From Callorhinchus milii (lineage: Eukaryota), in NCBI RefSeq assembly GCF_018977255.1, contig NW_024704742.1, positions 136,278,001 to 136,342,000 of the forward strand: a stretch of 64,000 bases of DNA. The letters are read 5' to 3'. Under the pieces are notes generated by a model. That model worked only from the letters and a program-made list of their open reading frames with translations. It was not told where the DNA came from and ran no database searches. This document shows positions 26,206 through 40,808 of the stretch, one piece after another (the first letter of the stretch is position 1; every line of letters begins with the position of its first letter). The position numbers and the translations under genes were made by a program.

Positions 26206-26764
26206 CTAATAGACAGACACAAACATGCTTCGAACTTTTAAAGAGAGTTATTCACATACAGTCAGTATAAAACTAGAGGGATAGAGCACATGTCAAGGGA
26301 AGCAATACATATTGTACAAAGAACTGGTTTGGCTCCACTGAATACATGTACAATTCTGTACATGAAGCATACAGAATTGAAGCATTGAACCAACATAGGA
26401 TGTTTATATGACTAAAGGACAGAGTGAGGGAGGAACCAATCAATAAAGCAGGAATTTGCAGGTACGCAAGTTACAAGGAGAGGCTATGGAAGATGCGAAT
26501 GCTCACTTTGATGAGCATTATTCACAATCAACCTTGAAACTAAGATGGATTTGCCTGTGCTGACTAGAACTCAAAATATCCAATGGATCCACAATTCATC
26601 TCCAAGGGAACAGAAGATACGAGAGGGGAGAGGGGGTAGGAGGGAGGGTAGAGAACGTGGAGTATAAACATGGTCACGTTATTGGGCTGGATGCAATCTG
26701 AAGGAAAATCTAGACTCCTTTAAACCAAAATATTTTAATAAATCCATCCAGTCTCCTCACTCAC

Positions 26765-26878
26765 CAGGACAAGCAAGCCATCCTTGTCAAACATCCAGAT
26801 TTTCCGCTGTGCTTCCTCCTGAGGCACTCCAGTCTCCTTCATTGCCATTACAATCAGATTAGCTATGCCCAGTGCTGC
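26765..26878 (-). CDS. ME2: ME2 coding exon 9
   Basis: [13 protein letters not shown]...[13 protein letters not shown]; 114 nt. Confidence 0.95.
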
Positions 26879-27236
26879 CTGAGTGAAGTAACAAAGGAGA
26901 AACAGGCACTTAACTCACAGGCTTAACAATACACAATGTCCATCACTTACTGTAATATTACAGAGGCCATTACTGATAAAATAGGCACTGGATCAGAAAC
27001 TGCATCATCATGACTCCTGTAATATACTGTATTTAAAAAAAATCCTGACCTCCTACGTCACCTCTAGGTATCAGAAATTATTTGCAAAGATTATTATTTG
27101 GCAGAGGTGACTACTTCGCAATCTCTTTAGAAACCAAATCAGTAACCCTTCATACAGGCCACAACTGCCTTCTTGGTAACAGTGCCTTATCACGTCATTG
27201 AGATGTCTCAAAGCGCTTCACAGAATATATTGTAAA

Positions 27237-27585
27237 TAATAATAATAATAATCCTTGCATTTGATATAGCGCTTTTCACATCGGGAGGACGTCCCAAAGC
27301 GCTTCACAGAACACACTGTAAAGTCAATTGACTGTATATTTTGGGGCCGAAACGCAGCAGCCAATTGAACACAGCAGTGTCCCACAAACAGTCGTAAATA
27401 TTATTATTTTATTTCTTTTTTTGAAGGGATTATTACGCCATTTAAGTGATATGCCAGCCAAATAATCGTAAACAGAGACATGTGATATAAAGAAACTTGC
27501 CTAAGGTTTTGCCCTACCCGGAAATCAAACCCAGGTCCTCTTGCTCATGAGTCGAATGCTCTAACCAATTCGCTACAAGACTCCA
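27237..27585 (-). mobile_element. Diverged SINE
   Basis: Same head, core and tail organisation. Confidence 0.8.
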
Positions 27586-28670
27586 CCAAATTTCCTCCCA
27601 TCCCCATAAATTTGTAGAGATTACAAATGAGAGATTACCTGCCCTGCCATCTTCAAAGAGGGGAGGTAAGGATTTTTATATTGCTTCTCCTTATTCTTCC
27701 TCCCAAAATACATCACTTTGCATAAACTTAATCTGCCACGTGTCTGCCCATTTTACCAGTCTGTCTATATCCATTTGCAGTCTGCTACTATCCTCCTCAC
27801 AGTTTACTACTTTTCCCAGCTTAGTATCATATGCAAACTTGGAAATTGCACTCCTTATCCCAGGTCCAGGTCATTTATATAGATCAAAGACAGCAATGGT
27901 CCCCCTGGGGGACACCACTGAACACTTCCCTCCAGTCAGAAAAACAACCATTCACCACCACTCTCTGGTTTCTGTCTCCCAGCCACCTTTAAGTCCCATC
28001 TCAAGACCCTCCTCTTCGATCGTGCTTTCAATCTCCCTGCTTCCCCCACCCTCCCCCCTCCCCAATCCCCAGCTCGGGTCCATAACTCTGTCTGTCCAGC
28101 GCCTTGGGACATCTTCCCGACGTGAAAGATGCTATACAAATGTAATTTTGTTGTTGTTGTTTATCCCTTCTGTCCCTGTTTGTATAGGGAAGTAACATTT
28201 GCAATCCTCTAGTCCTCTGGCATCACCCCGGTGTACAAGGAGGATTGAAAGATTGTGGCCATAGCCTCCGTTCTTTCCACCCTTACTTCCCTCAGTAACC
28301 TAGGATGCATCCCGTCCGGACTGGGTGAGTTATCTACCTTGAGCACCGACAACCTTTTTAGTACCTCCTCTCGGTTTATTCTTATCTTATCCAATTTCTG
28401 TGATACTGTGGCATTGTCTGCATCCTCTTCCTTTTGTGAAGACAGATGCAGAGTACTCATTCAGTACGTCAGCCATGCCCTCTGCCTCCACAAGAAGATT
28501 TCCTCTTTGGTCCCAAGTTGGACCCACTCTACCTTTAACTATCCTTTTATATGCTTATAAAATACCTTAGGGTTCACTTTTATGTTACCCGCTAATCCTT
28601 TCTCATAAAATCTCTTTGCCCCTCTTATTTCCTTTTCCAGTTCTCCTCTACTTTCTATATACTATTTCCT

Positions 28671-28958
28671 ATAGCTCAGTGGTTAGAGCTAGCGAGAAAC
28701 CTGAGTTCAATTCCAGGCAGGGCGAAACCTTGGGCAAGTTTCCTTACTCTACACGCCTGATAATAATCCCTCCGAAACAAAACAATAATAAATTGGTCAT
28801 TTTCAATCCACGACTGTTTGTGGGACACTGCTCAGCCAATTGGCTGCTGCGTTTCACCCACAAATATACAGTCAATTCACTTTACAGTATATTCTGTGAA
28901 GCGCTTTGAGATGTCTAGAAGACGTGAAAAGCCCTATATCAAAATGCAAGGATTATTA
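28671..28958 (+). mobile_element. SINE nested in a CR1 fragment
   Basis: SINE consensus interrupting CR1-like sequence. Confidence 0.85.
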
Positions 28959-29644
28959 TCTTCTGTATTTTGGACCTGACATTTATCATAAGCCTCCCTT
29001 TTCTGTTTGATTTTAAATCCAATTTCCTTATTCATCCAGGGATGTTTGGATGCCCTACCTTTCCCTTTTGTGGGAATGTATTTGTTCTGTCTTCAAACTG
29101 TCTCCAGATATCCAGATGCTCTCCTATTGAAACCTACTCCACTTACCCCACTTCATTCCCCAGAACTAGATCCAGCACTGCTTCCTTCCTCATTCGACTG
29201 GAAATATACTGCTCCAGAAAGTTCTCCTGCATGCATCTCAGGAATCCTTCCCCCTCCTTGCCCTTTATACTGTTATTTTGCCAGTCTATTTTAGGATCAT
29301 TGAAGTCCCCGCATTATCACCACTCTATTGGTTTTGAATCTTTCTGAAATCTGCTTGCAGATTTGCTCGTCTATCTCCTTCCCACTATTTGGTGGTTTAT
29401 AGTATACATCTAACAGAGTAACAGCTCCTTTTATGCTCCTTAACTCTAACCAAATAGATTCTGTTTTTGTACCTTCTATCATCCCTTTCCAGAGCTATAA
29501 CTGTGTCTTTAATCAATATTGCCATCGCCACCCCCACCTCCTTTTTTCCTTCCTTATCCCTCCTGAATACATTGTAGCCAGGAATATTCAGCTCCCATTC
29601 CTGCCCTTGTTTGAGCCATGTCTCCATTAATGCCACTACATCAT

Positions 29645-30390
29645 AACAACACAACAACAAAATTACATTTATAGAGTGCCTTTCATGTCGGGAGGACGTC
29701 CCAAGGCGCTGGACAGTCAGGGATCAGGACCCGAACGTGGGGGAGGTATTAGGGAAATCAAGAGAGGTGGGAGAGTGACTGAAGTTACAATCGAAGAGGA
29801 GGGTCTTGAGACTGGCCTTGAAGGAGGCAAGGGAGGAAGCGAGGCGAAGGGACCATGGGATGGAGTTCCAGAGTGTGGGGGCAGAGAGGCTGAAAGCCCG
29901 GACACCGATGGTAAGGTGGGTCAGGCGCGAGACATGGAGCCCGCTGAATGGAAGGAGAGGGCAGGGTGGTAGGGAGTCAGCAGATCAGAGAGGTAGGAGG
30001 GGGCAAGGCCATGGATGGCCTTGAAAGTGAGGACGATGATCTTGAACTCGATCTTGAGGGATGGGGAGCCAGTGGAGTCGGGCGAGGGTGGGAGTGATGG
30101 GGTCGCGGAGCCTGGTGCGCGAGAGTACACGAGCTGCAGAGTTTTGAGTGGATGATCTACAGCTTGTGAAGGGAAGAGTTGGGAAGGCCGATGAGGAGGG
30201 AGTTTCCATAATCGAGCCTTGAGGTGATGAATGTGTGGGTGAGGGTTTCGGCAGCCTGAAGGTGAGGCAGTGGTGGAGTCTGGCAATGTTGCGGAGGTGG
30301 TGTTAGGCAGTGCCGGTCATGGCGTGGATGTGGGGGAAGAAAGGACAGTTCAGGGTCAAACAAGACACCCAAGTTCCTGACTGGCTTAGT
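29645..30390 (-). mobile_element. L2 LINE 3' fragment nested in the CR1 endonuclease region
   Basis: L2 ORF2 C-terminal motifs and tail lie between the two CR1 endonuclease pieces. Confidence 0.85.
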
Positions 30391-30706
30391 GAGGTAACCC
30401 CATGTGGCAACTTGAGCCTGCAGCTCACCAATCGTATTTGTCACACGCCGTGCATTCACGCACATGCACTCCAAGACCGACTTAGTCTGTTCTGCATTCT
30501 CCCCCGTCTAATTCATCCTTTTTCTGGATTACACCTTATTACATTGCTATTTGTCTCTCCCAGCCCTCTATGCAACTTGTTTGTAATTGCTAAGACATCA
30601 ATATTGTTAAGGGTCTTACGTATGCAGAATGATATTTGCCGTAAACGGTGTCTGAATGTCATTTAAAACCGCCAGCTTTAAGGTAATAAAGATTCAATTA
30701 ACTCAC

Positions 30707-30804
30707 CTCTCCAGCCCCAAGAAACAGAAAACAGTGCTCACTGATTGGTTTGTTAATCACCCTCCGTGCTGACAACAACCCCGCCAACGCCACTGCTGCA
30801 GTCC
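30707..30804 (-). CDS. ME2: ME2 coding exon 8
   Basis: [32 protein letters not shown]; 98 nt. Confidence 0.95.
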
Positions 30805-32649
30805 CTGTACAGATACAAACACAAAACAAAGGCTACAGAAGCAAATCGAAGAATCTGAATTAATACACAGCATTTATTAAGAAAGGACATTGTGAACTAC
30901 AGTGCTGGGGGACACTGCATTGTCAGAGATGCCACATGATGAGATTCCTGCCTGTTCAGGTGGTCAGTAAAAATCCAGCAAAACTACTCGAAAAGAGAAT
31001 GGCTAGACCAACAATTCACTAGATGCAATTGTCTGAAATGTTTCAATGATGTTATAAAGTACTATAGCAAATGCAAGGAGTATTATTATATAAATTTGTC
31101 ACTCACTCCTTGGCTGTTTGTCGGACATTGCTGTACACAAATCTGTTTGCCACGTTCACCTACAAATTCACTTGCCAGGAAATACCTTTTGAGACTGAGG
31201 CTTTGAGATGTTTTGACATTAGACATAATATCAGATACAAGGATTATGAAAATATTCTTGTGTTCTTGTACAATTTAGGGAATACACTTACAATTTAGGA
31301 ACCACACTTACACATATTTCATCAGATTTGATGTATGAATCATTTAACTGTTATGAAACGATGCAAATTTACCACCTTAATTTTTACCCACTTGAAGACA
31401 GGCTAAATTACATTTGGATTACATTTGGATTAGGATTGCTTGCTGTTAAAATTCAGGCAATATCCTGAAACATAATCCCTTACAAGGTTATAAATAGATC
31501 ACCATTTCCGTTGGATTAAGTTACTTAAGAAGAGCATCAACCCAGTGAAGAACCGAGTGGCTTTAAAGCTTAAAGTGAATGAATTTCAATAGCTTCGCTA
31601 TATTGTCTCAACAAAGCCAAATGTCTGTACTGAACAATACATCAATGAAATCAAAGGACAACTGTGGTTAAATGGAGCCATTGAATTCAGTTACATTAGA
31701 AGAATAAGTTTGTGTTGTACTTTTTTGCAAGAGAATGAATCCATTTTTGAGTTAGTGGCATGATCAAGTCATGAAAGCGTAACAAAAATGTCTTTTGTGT
31801 CTCAGACATAAAACACAGCTGAGGACAAGTAGCATGAATTTCAAGAGTTCTTCAATTCCAAAATCAAGATGACCTCAGAGAGACCAGATTACAATAACTT
31901 CATCTGTTGAACTTCAGGGAGACAGTAGGCATTTCATTCCAGACACAGGAATTCACATGTGTATGTGGCATGCATTGAACTTGGTCTGGTTTGGATACTC
32001 TAAAGCATAGTAATGGGTTTCTGTACTCCCGCCCCCCCCAAAAAAAGAGTTCCTGATGAAATTTCTTTTTTAGGTAGCTGTGTAGTCAGTTTGGATCTTA
32101 TGATGTCCACCTATCCATGGGGTTTGTGAATCTGTTACGGTTCCATGCCAATTAGTGTGGAAAATCGACTATCTTCTCTAGTTGTGGGATCTTTAAAGTC
32201 CACTTGAATAGGAAGATGAGATCTTGGGTTCACCTCTCATTTGGAGGACAGCACCTCTGACAATTCAGTGCTTTCCTCAATACACTGTTATAAACCCAGT
32301 TATAACTGGGGGAATGTGGAACTAGCTACCTATCACAAGGAGTAGTTGAGGCGAATAGCTTAGATGCATTTAAGGGGAACCTAGGTAAGTACATGAGGGA
32401 GAAAGGAATAGAAGGTTATGCTGATAGGTTTTTAGTTGAGGAAGGGCAAGAGGAGTCTCACGTTGAGAATAAACCCTGGCATAGACCAGTTGGGCCAAAT
32501 GACCTGTTTCTGTGCTGTATATTCTATGTAATCCTATGTAAATGTCCTTCATTACTAACAAAAATTTGGATTTATATAGCAGCCTTCATGCAGTGTTTTT
32601 TTACAACACTGCTTCGCTTATAATAAGGCATTCATGGGCCAGACGTTTA

Positions 32650-32925
<276 letters not shown>

Positions 32926-33040
32926 CTACTGCAGTTCCATAAACAATAAAGTCATTACACAAATTTAATTCATAAAGCGGCTCATAGTATTTTCTAGTTC
33001 AACTAAATAGAGAATCAAATATTTACAGCTCAGGTCATTT

Positions 33041-33414
33041 GAGTCCTGATTCCTGTAGTGTCTCCTCACAAGCGAGAGGACCCAGGTTTGATTTCCAGAC
33101 AGGGCGAAACCTTTGGCAAGGTTTGCTTATTCAAATGTCTCTGTTTACCTATCAGCACTTAGGAACCCAGCTGTTAGTCGATTTGAGGATTGCTTTTAAT
33201 ATTGCGTATAATAATCCCTTAAAAAAAATAAAAATGATAATAAAAACAATTGGTCACTCAATCCATGACTGTTTATGGGACACTGCTGTGCACAATCACT
33301 GCAGCATTTAGCCCACACATATATAGTCAATTCACTTTACAGTATACTCTGTGAAGCGCTTTGAGAAGTCTCAATGACGCGATAAGCTCTATATCAGATT
33401 GATGATTATTATTA
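33041..33414 (+). mobile_element. Diverged older SINE
   Basis: Recognisable head, core and tail. Confidence 0.75.
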
Positions 33415-33582
33415 TCTGGCCCAGGTGCTCCAAGTAAGCAATTCATCTCATGGCTAAGACCACATAGTAAGACCTAACTGGCTGCCAAGTTTCAATGAAA
33501 CAGCCACTTCAAATACTAGAAGGAACCTTGAGATTCTGTGATATAAAAGACGCTTCAAAGATATAGTTCTTCTTCTACTTAC

Positions 33583-33686
33583 TTATCTGTAATCGCTTCC
33601 ATAAACTCGTCAATGAGATCGTAATAGCGTTGTGAACGGTCTCTCTTCTGATAAAGACCCAGGTAGAAGGGATCTTTCAGTAGATC
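33583..33686 (-). CDS. ME2: ME2 coding exon 6
   Basis: [35 protein letters not shown]; 104 nt. Confidence 0.95.
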
Positions 33687-34913
33687 CTGCAAGAGAAAAG
33701 CAAAATTTAAAAAGGATGTTAAATCAATTCAAAAGATACATTAAGCATATTAAAGCAAGATCTTCATCGTGCTTCATCTGTCCTATAAATCATACAAAAT
33801 AAATTATGTAGAAAGTGTTATAAATGACAATTTCAGGCTGGAATACTCCAGCATCTGTTGGCCGATGAAGAATAAACTCCTCATCTTTGGATAAACTGTG
33901 ATTAAAAGAAGCAATAGAGCAGCCTACATGAATGAGATTCCTCGCTTCAGACCCAAATATTAGGCAAGTTTCTTTTTATATTTCTGTCTGCAATTTATCC
34001 TTTGTACCCCGTCATAGCTCTTTGTCATCCAACTACTAAATGAGTGGGGGGAAAGGAAAGTGAAGACTTATCAAGTCAAAAATGGCAATCTGTTTAGAAT
34101 TCATTATACAAAGAAGAGCGTAGCCAGTTGAATTTTACCCCATAGTTCCACAGTGATCTACATCAACAGCAATTAAGGATCAAATTCCAATAAGACCTCT
34201 TAGAATAATGGTGGTGTGGTGGGGGAGGGAGAGGAAAAAAATTCAGGAGAATTTTGCCAGAATTGACAAAATAAACTTTAAAACAAAAAGACTTCATGTC
34301 ATGAGGAACATCTATTCATAACATCAACACATTTATATAGCGCCCCTCACGCAGGGTAGCGTCCCAGAGCACTTGATTTGTTCATACATTGAACACCTGG
34401 GTACAAAATGCTGTTAGGATTAACTGAATCCCTTCATCAGCTGGGCAGGTGCAATGAAAGACGAGGCCATGAAGAAAAAAACAAGGAAGCAGGTAGAAGG
34501 CTTTTGGTTGAACTATGGTTTTAATTGGCACTCACAAGTGCTAGAAAAATAGTAACAACTCAGAACAGCTCCATACACATCCTGATGAAAAAAAACGGAT
34601 TCTTTGACTGAACTGAAGCAATTTGAAGTTTTAAAGTGGGGAAGTTTCAGGCTTCATTTAAGATTGAAGACCAGCAGAAAAAGCAGAGAATTAAAAAAAT
34701 ACAACTGAGCACTTTACGAAAAGTCTCACCTTCTGAAAAATGGGGGGAAAAAAATCAATCAAGTGGCATAAAAGCAGGGGAGTGGGACTAGTTGGACAGC
34801 TCTTTCAAAGAGCTGGCACAGACACAATGGGCCAAATGGCCTCCTTTTGTGCTGTAAAATTGCATGATTTTAAGTATGATCCAAACAGTAGTACAATTTT
34901 CAGAGATAAGTTA

Positions 34914-35267
<354 letters not shown>

Positions 35268-36104
35268 TTATATCCCAAGATATTATTCCCTAACAGAAAT
35301 CTAATTTGTTCAATGAATCAGCACTTCCTGCTTTCACCAACTCCCTAGGGAGCCAGCTCCACACATTTACTACTGGCTCACTGAAGTAAAATTTGTGCAG
35401 ATTGGTTCTGAATTCACTATCTATAATCTAACAAGCAACAGATCTATATTTTCCAATCATGTAATAAGCACTTTGAAAGAAAATTACAGCACAAGTGCCC
35501 AATTACATTGAACCTACACCTTTCATGTACAATGTTTCAAAACACTTGAGAAAATAAGATTGCAGGCAATCTGTGCCGTAAAGAACGAAATGAGCAGCCA
35601 ATTTCAATCTGGCAGTAAATCTGGATGAGTAAGGAATATGAGCCAAGATAACAAGAGAAAAACTCCACATTCCTTTGAAACAAACGTGTGAGCAGGCGGC
35701 AAAAAGCAGTGCCTTGCACACAATCTAATAATATCAAAAAGGAGATACAGAAATACAATTTTATTTAATATAGAATTCTATACATTGCATAAAATAGTAT
35801 ATTAGTTGACAGCCACATTTTATATATCTAGAACAGGTATGAGAGAAAAGTTATCTAATTGCCCATTGTGCTAGTCCTATGGATTTCAGGACTAATGCTG
35901 CTCTGGCCAATTAATTGCCTGTCAGACATCAAGTCCTGGATAAGCTCCAACTTCCTTCAGCTGAATGTCGACAAGACAAAGTCTCTACTGCTTGGTTCCC
36001 ATCAGCACCTTCTCACCTCAGACATTCACAGTACCACAAGAGATCAACAGCAAATCACTCACTCAGTTCTCTTTCCAACATTATATAAGTTTATAGACGC
36101 CAAT

Positions 36105-37950
36105 ACAACAACAACAAAATTACATTTGTATAGTGCCTTTCACATCGGGAGGACGTCCTAAGGCACTGGACAGATTGGAGCATTTCAGACCCGAGCTGGG
36201 GTTGGGGGGGTAAGGGAAGGGAGGGGAGAGGAAGGGAGTGCCCGATGGCATAGTCAAAGAGGAGTGTCTTGAGGCGGAACTTGAAGGAGGCTAAGGAGGG
36301 GGCGAGGCGGAGTAACTGGGGGATGGAATTCCAGAGATTGAAAGCAGAGCGGCTGAAGGCTCTCCCGCCAATGGTGGGTTGGGGGACGTGGAGCAGGCCA
36401 GAGCCGGCTGAGCGGAGGGAACGGGCGGGTTGATAGGGGGTTAGAGGTCACAGAGGTAGGGTGGGGCGAGACCATGGAGGGCTTTGAATGTGAGGACCAT
36501 GATCTTGAACTGGATCCTCTGAAGGATAGGGAGCCAGTGGAGTCGGGCGAGTGGGGGAGATGGGGTCACGGAGTTTGGTGCGGGAGAGGGCTGCAGAGTT
36601 GTGGATTATCTACAGCCTGTGGAGGGAGGGGTTGGGAAGGCCGACACGCAGGGCGTTTGCATAGTCGAGCCTGGAGGTGATGAAGGCATGAACAAAAGTT
36701 TCAGTGGCCTGAGGGGTGAGGTAGTGGCAGAGTCGGGCGATGTTACGGAGGTGAGGGAAGGCAGAGTGGGTCATGGCTTGGATGTGGGGGAGAAAAGACA
36801 AAGGTTGATACTGCCAGAGCCTGAGCTGCAGAGGCGCTGGCACGAGCCAATCAGGAGGTCCTCAGTCTTGTTCACATTCAACTGTAGGAAATCTGCCCTC
36901 ATCCAGGACTTGATGTTCGACAGACAGTCTGTCAGGACAGCAGTGATCCTGGAGTTCAGGGTAGAGACAGAAAGATAAGAGTTGGGTGGAAGTTGACCCC
37001 ATGTCTGCGGATGATGTCACCAAGGAGGGAGCATGTAGGTATTAAACAGGAGAGGGCCAAGGACAGAGCCCTGGGGGACGCGAGACGTGACAGTGCGGGG
37101 CCTGGAGGAGAAAGCATTAAAGGCAACGAAGTGGAGACGGTGAGAGAGATAGGAACCGAACCAGGCAAGGGCAGATCCATGTAGATTGAGTGAAGCGGAG
37201 TGGCGATGTTTGAGGATGGAGTGATCGAGAGTGTCGAAGTCGGCAGAGAGGTCAAGGAGGACAAGGAGGCAGAGGATGCCCTGATCATGGATGTTCAGAA
37301 TATCATTAGTGACTTTGACCAGAGCTGTTTCCGTGCTATGGGCAGCGCGGAAGCTGGATTGGAGGGGTTCAAAGAGGGAATGGCGAGAGAGAAAGGAGCG
37401 GAGTTGGGATGCAACGACTCGTTCCAGGACTTTGGAGAGGAATGGGAGGTTAGAGATAGGGCGGTAGCTGGAGAGAAGGGATGGATCCAGGGAAGGTTTT
37501 TTCAGGATGGGGTTGATCAAGGCTGTTTTTAGGGGAGTGGGAAATGAACCGGTGGACAGGGCATCGGACAGGAGAGGGGCCAGAAGGTGGAGCTGGGAGA
37601 TGAGGAGAGAGGTGGGGATGGGATTGAGGGAGCAGTGGGTTTGAGTTTGTGGACAGTCGTGACGAGGGAGGAGGGAGAGATAGGGTCGAAGGAGTATGGG
37701 GTGGGGTGGGTGGGGGAGTGGTTCATGAGGGAGAGGTGATGTGGGGGTGGCTGTGGACGGGGTTGAGGTAGCTGAATGTATCCCCTCGATTTTAGATTCC
37801 AGGAAATCCAGCATCTCCTCACAGTTGGCGTTTGAGGAGAGGATGGGCGAGGTATGGGAAGGTGGACAGAGGAGACGGTTTGTGGTGGAAAATAGAAGCC
37901 GGGGGTTGTCCTTTGCCTCCAAGATAACCGTGGAGTAGAAGCGAGAATTT
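36105..37950 (-). mobile_element. Longest L2 LINE fragment (RT domain to 3' tail), degenerate
   Basis: LKKPSLDP...YRPISNLPFLSKVLE, HSTETAL, LLDLSADFD, PQGSVLGPLLF; frameshifts follow and the YADD motif is not intact. Confidence 0.92.
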
Positions 37951-38268
37951 GGCGGAGGCAATATACATCATGTCACCCAGTTACACAAGTTATGGCAACT
38001 CACTTGCCAAATAGTCCTTTCAGCCAAAATCCTGAGGCGGTTTTGCATACGTGTGCACAGATTGAAAAGAGATAAAAAGGTGGAAAATCCCTGGATTCAA
38101 GCCACAGACACCTGCACAAGTTTTGGGCAAACATCTAATTCTTGAACTGGGTCACTTGCCAGTGCTTGTTCCTTACTCTTCAGATTATATGTAACTACAT
38201 GTACAGTTAACATTATGCACACTGGAGGGTTGCCAACAAGGGTGTTTAATCACACATTTATTTTTTAC

Positions 38269-38344
38269 CTGCACATCTGGTTCTGGCCAGTTCTCTACGA
38301 TCGACCTAACGTGACCTTGGTCCAGGATAGAAATAAACAAACCT
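38269..38344 (-). CDS. ME2: ME2 coding exon 4
   Basis: [25 protein letters not shown]; 76 nt; AG/GT boundaries. Confidence 0.94.
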
Positions 38345-38861
38345 CTGTTCCAAACAAAAAAAAGTTAACATCTCGTACTCAGGGATAAATAGACAAAACT
38401 GAAAAAGTGCATAAGGCACCAATTATTAAGTTTAATTATTGGAGAGAAGTCAAATATTATATCACTAAAATGAACTATTCAGCACAATATATTTGCTAGC
38501 CATCTGAAAGAGCCATTGTTTAGTCCCATTGCTTCTTTATTTTACACTTCAAGTATACTGGAGCCATTGGAACGTACTGTTCTGAATTAAATTTCTCTAT
38601 TCTGTTCAGCATACCTCTACAATTAAAAGGTGGCCTCTCCAGAATCATTGCATTTGAGAGGCTTAATTAAGTACCTTGTTACTCCGCTCAGCAGACTCCG
38701 GCCTGCTCCATGTCCCCTGCCCAGCCCATCCCACCATCGGCAGTCGGACCTTCAGTCTCTTTGCCCCACCCATTGGAACTTGACCCCACAGTCCCTTAGC
38801 TTCGCTCCCTCGTTTACCTCCTTCAAGGCATGACTCAAGACCCTCCTCTTCGGTCACCCTC

Positions 38862-39545
38862 CAACAACAAGAAGATTACATTTATATAGCGCCTTTCACG
38901 TCGGGAGAACGTCCCAAGGCGCTGGATATTGTACAACATTTTGGACCCGAGCTGGGGTCAGGGTTGCGAAGGGAAGGGAGGGGAAAGGGGTTGACCGATG
39001 GCATGGTCGAAGATGAGGGTTTTGAAGCGGAACTTGAAGGAGGCTAAGGAGGGGGCGAGGTGGAGTGATTGGGAATGGAATTCCAGAGATTGGGGCCAGA
39101 GTGGCTGAAGGCTCTCTTGACAATGGTGGGGTGGGTGGAGGGGGGGATGTGGAGCAGGCCGGAGCCGGCTGAGCGAAGGGAGCGGGCGGGTTGGTAGGGT
39201 TTAGGAGATCGCAGAGTGGGGCGAGGCCATGGAGGGCTTTGTAGGTGAGGACCAGGATCTTGAACTGGATCCTCTGAAGGATAGGGAGCCAATGGAGTCG
39301 GGCGAGAATGGGGGAAATGGGGTCACGTTTGGTGCAGGAGAGGACACGGGTTGCAGAATTCTGGATTATCTGCAGCCTGTGGAGGGAGGAGTTGGGAAGG
39401 CCGATAAGCAGAGCGTTTGCATAGTCGAGCCTGGAGGTGATGAAGGCATGAACAAGAGTTTCAGCGGCCTGAGGGGTGAGGTAGTGGCGGAGTCGCGTGA
39501 TGTTATGAAGGTGAGGGAAGGCAGAGCGGGTCATGGTTTGGATGT
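38862..39545 (-). mobile_element. L2 LINE 3' fragment
   Basis: AETLVHAFITSRLDY...IQNSA...LHWLPI...FKIL; 3' hairpin and tail. Confidence 0.88.
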
Positions 39546-40320
39546 CCTCCTACCTCTATCCTTCCTGCCATCTGCCCCCCCAGATCCCATCCCTGACCGC
39601 CCAGTGCCTTGAGACATCCTGCTACCATGAAAGGTGTTATACAAATGTAATTTGCTGTTGCTGTTGTTATCTAGCTTTTATAGGCCAATTCTATCTCTGG
39701 ATGGTAATCAGTCATGTTATTTGCACTAGAAAACTTAAAAGCACTACTTATGGAAATGTGATTAGCAATGCAGCCCAGAATTTAACACGGCGAGTGACAA
39801 GTTAATTAAAACTACTCTGCTCCTGTCTATAAAGTAACTGTCACTGAGCAAACAATACATGTTGTTGATTTATCCTAACAAGAACACCAGTATCAGATGG
39901 ATAAGCTATGAGAAACAACTGGATAAACTAGTTCGGCTTTGAAACAACAATACTTAGAAAAACTGATGGCTGATGCATAAAGAAAATAAACCCAAGATAC
40001 ACTATAGCAGAAGGATAAAAGGGGTCACGTTTGGCATTGTGAAGGGCAATTTAAGACAGAGGCTTAAAGATGTTTATTTACACAAAGTTCTGGCTAACAG
40101 AAACAGTGATTGATTACAGGGCACTGTACCCTATGAAGCACTTTAAAATTGTGAGATAATTCAGCAGAATATACAGGAGGGTGGGGGTGGAATAGAGAAA
40201 GCAAGAATTGCCCTTCACAACGTCTTTTGTCCTTCTGCTTTTTGTCCTTTTGAGCCGCCCTCCATAGGTCAAAAACCTAAGAGGTCCATAAAACACAATG
40301 GCTGAAAGTTTAAGGCTTAC

Positions 40321-40470
40321 TTTGGTCTCCTAAATATTTGTCCATACTGTGAGCAGGCCAAACCTACTGTAGGAGTGTAAACAATTGGCATCAGCCTTTC
40401 AATGTCATCACGTAGAACTCTATAGAACAGCTTTTCGTTTCGTTCCTGGATTCCCATCACATAAATATAC
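40321..40470 (-). CDS. ME2: ME2 coding exon 3
   Basis: [16 protein letters not shown]...[13 protein letters not shown] (catalytic Tyr112 motif); 150 nt. Confidence 0.96.
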
Positions 40471-40808
40471 CTGTAACAAAACAGCAAAATGTGCAACACA
40501 TTGACACAAAACCACGTTGCAAAGTTTTTAAACAATGATGACACCAACATCTCCAAGCTTTGAGTTTGCGCTATATATTGGAATCCTTTTATCTGACACA
40601 GCACCTAGAACATAACATTTCACAATAGTTGCCATCCAGTGTAGTGACTATTTGTAGGCAAAAGTGGTGGAAAATTTATAGAGAAGCAAAAAGTGAATGG
40701 GCAATTTATCTGGAGGATTTCTAGCGAGAATACCGGGAGAAAGTTTATTGTTTATTCTCATTTCAAACAGTGCACAGGATCTTAGATATCCAAAGTAAAT
40801 GATCTTAC

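Larger units (their letters stand above)
28165..30480 (-). mobile_element. Decayed CR1-clade LINE ORF2 5' part (APE endonuclease), interrupted by a SINE and an L2
   Basis: CMCVNARRVTN..GELQA (30474-30395), YDVVALMETWL...IPGYNVFRRD, ESIWLEL, SPDGMHPRLLRE...IFQSSL. Confidence 0.8.

Noticed and set aside
37017..37961. 314-aa reverse transcriptase ORF as an active or domesticated RT
   Set aside because: It is a 5'-truncated L2 fragment with internal deletions that frameshifts before an intact YADD motif.
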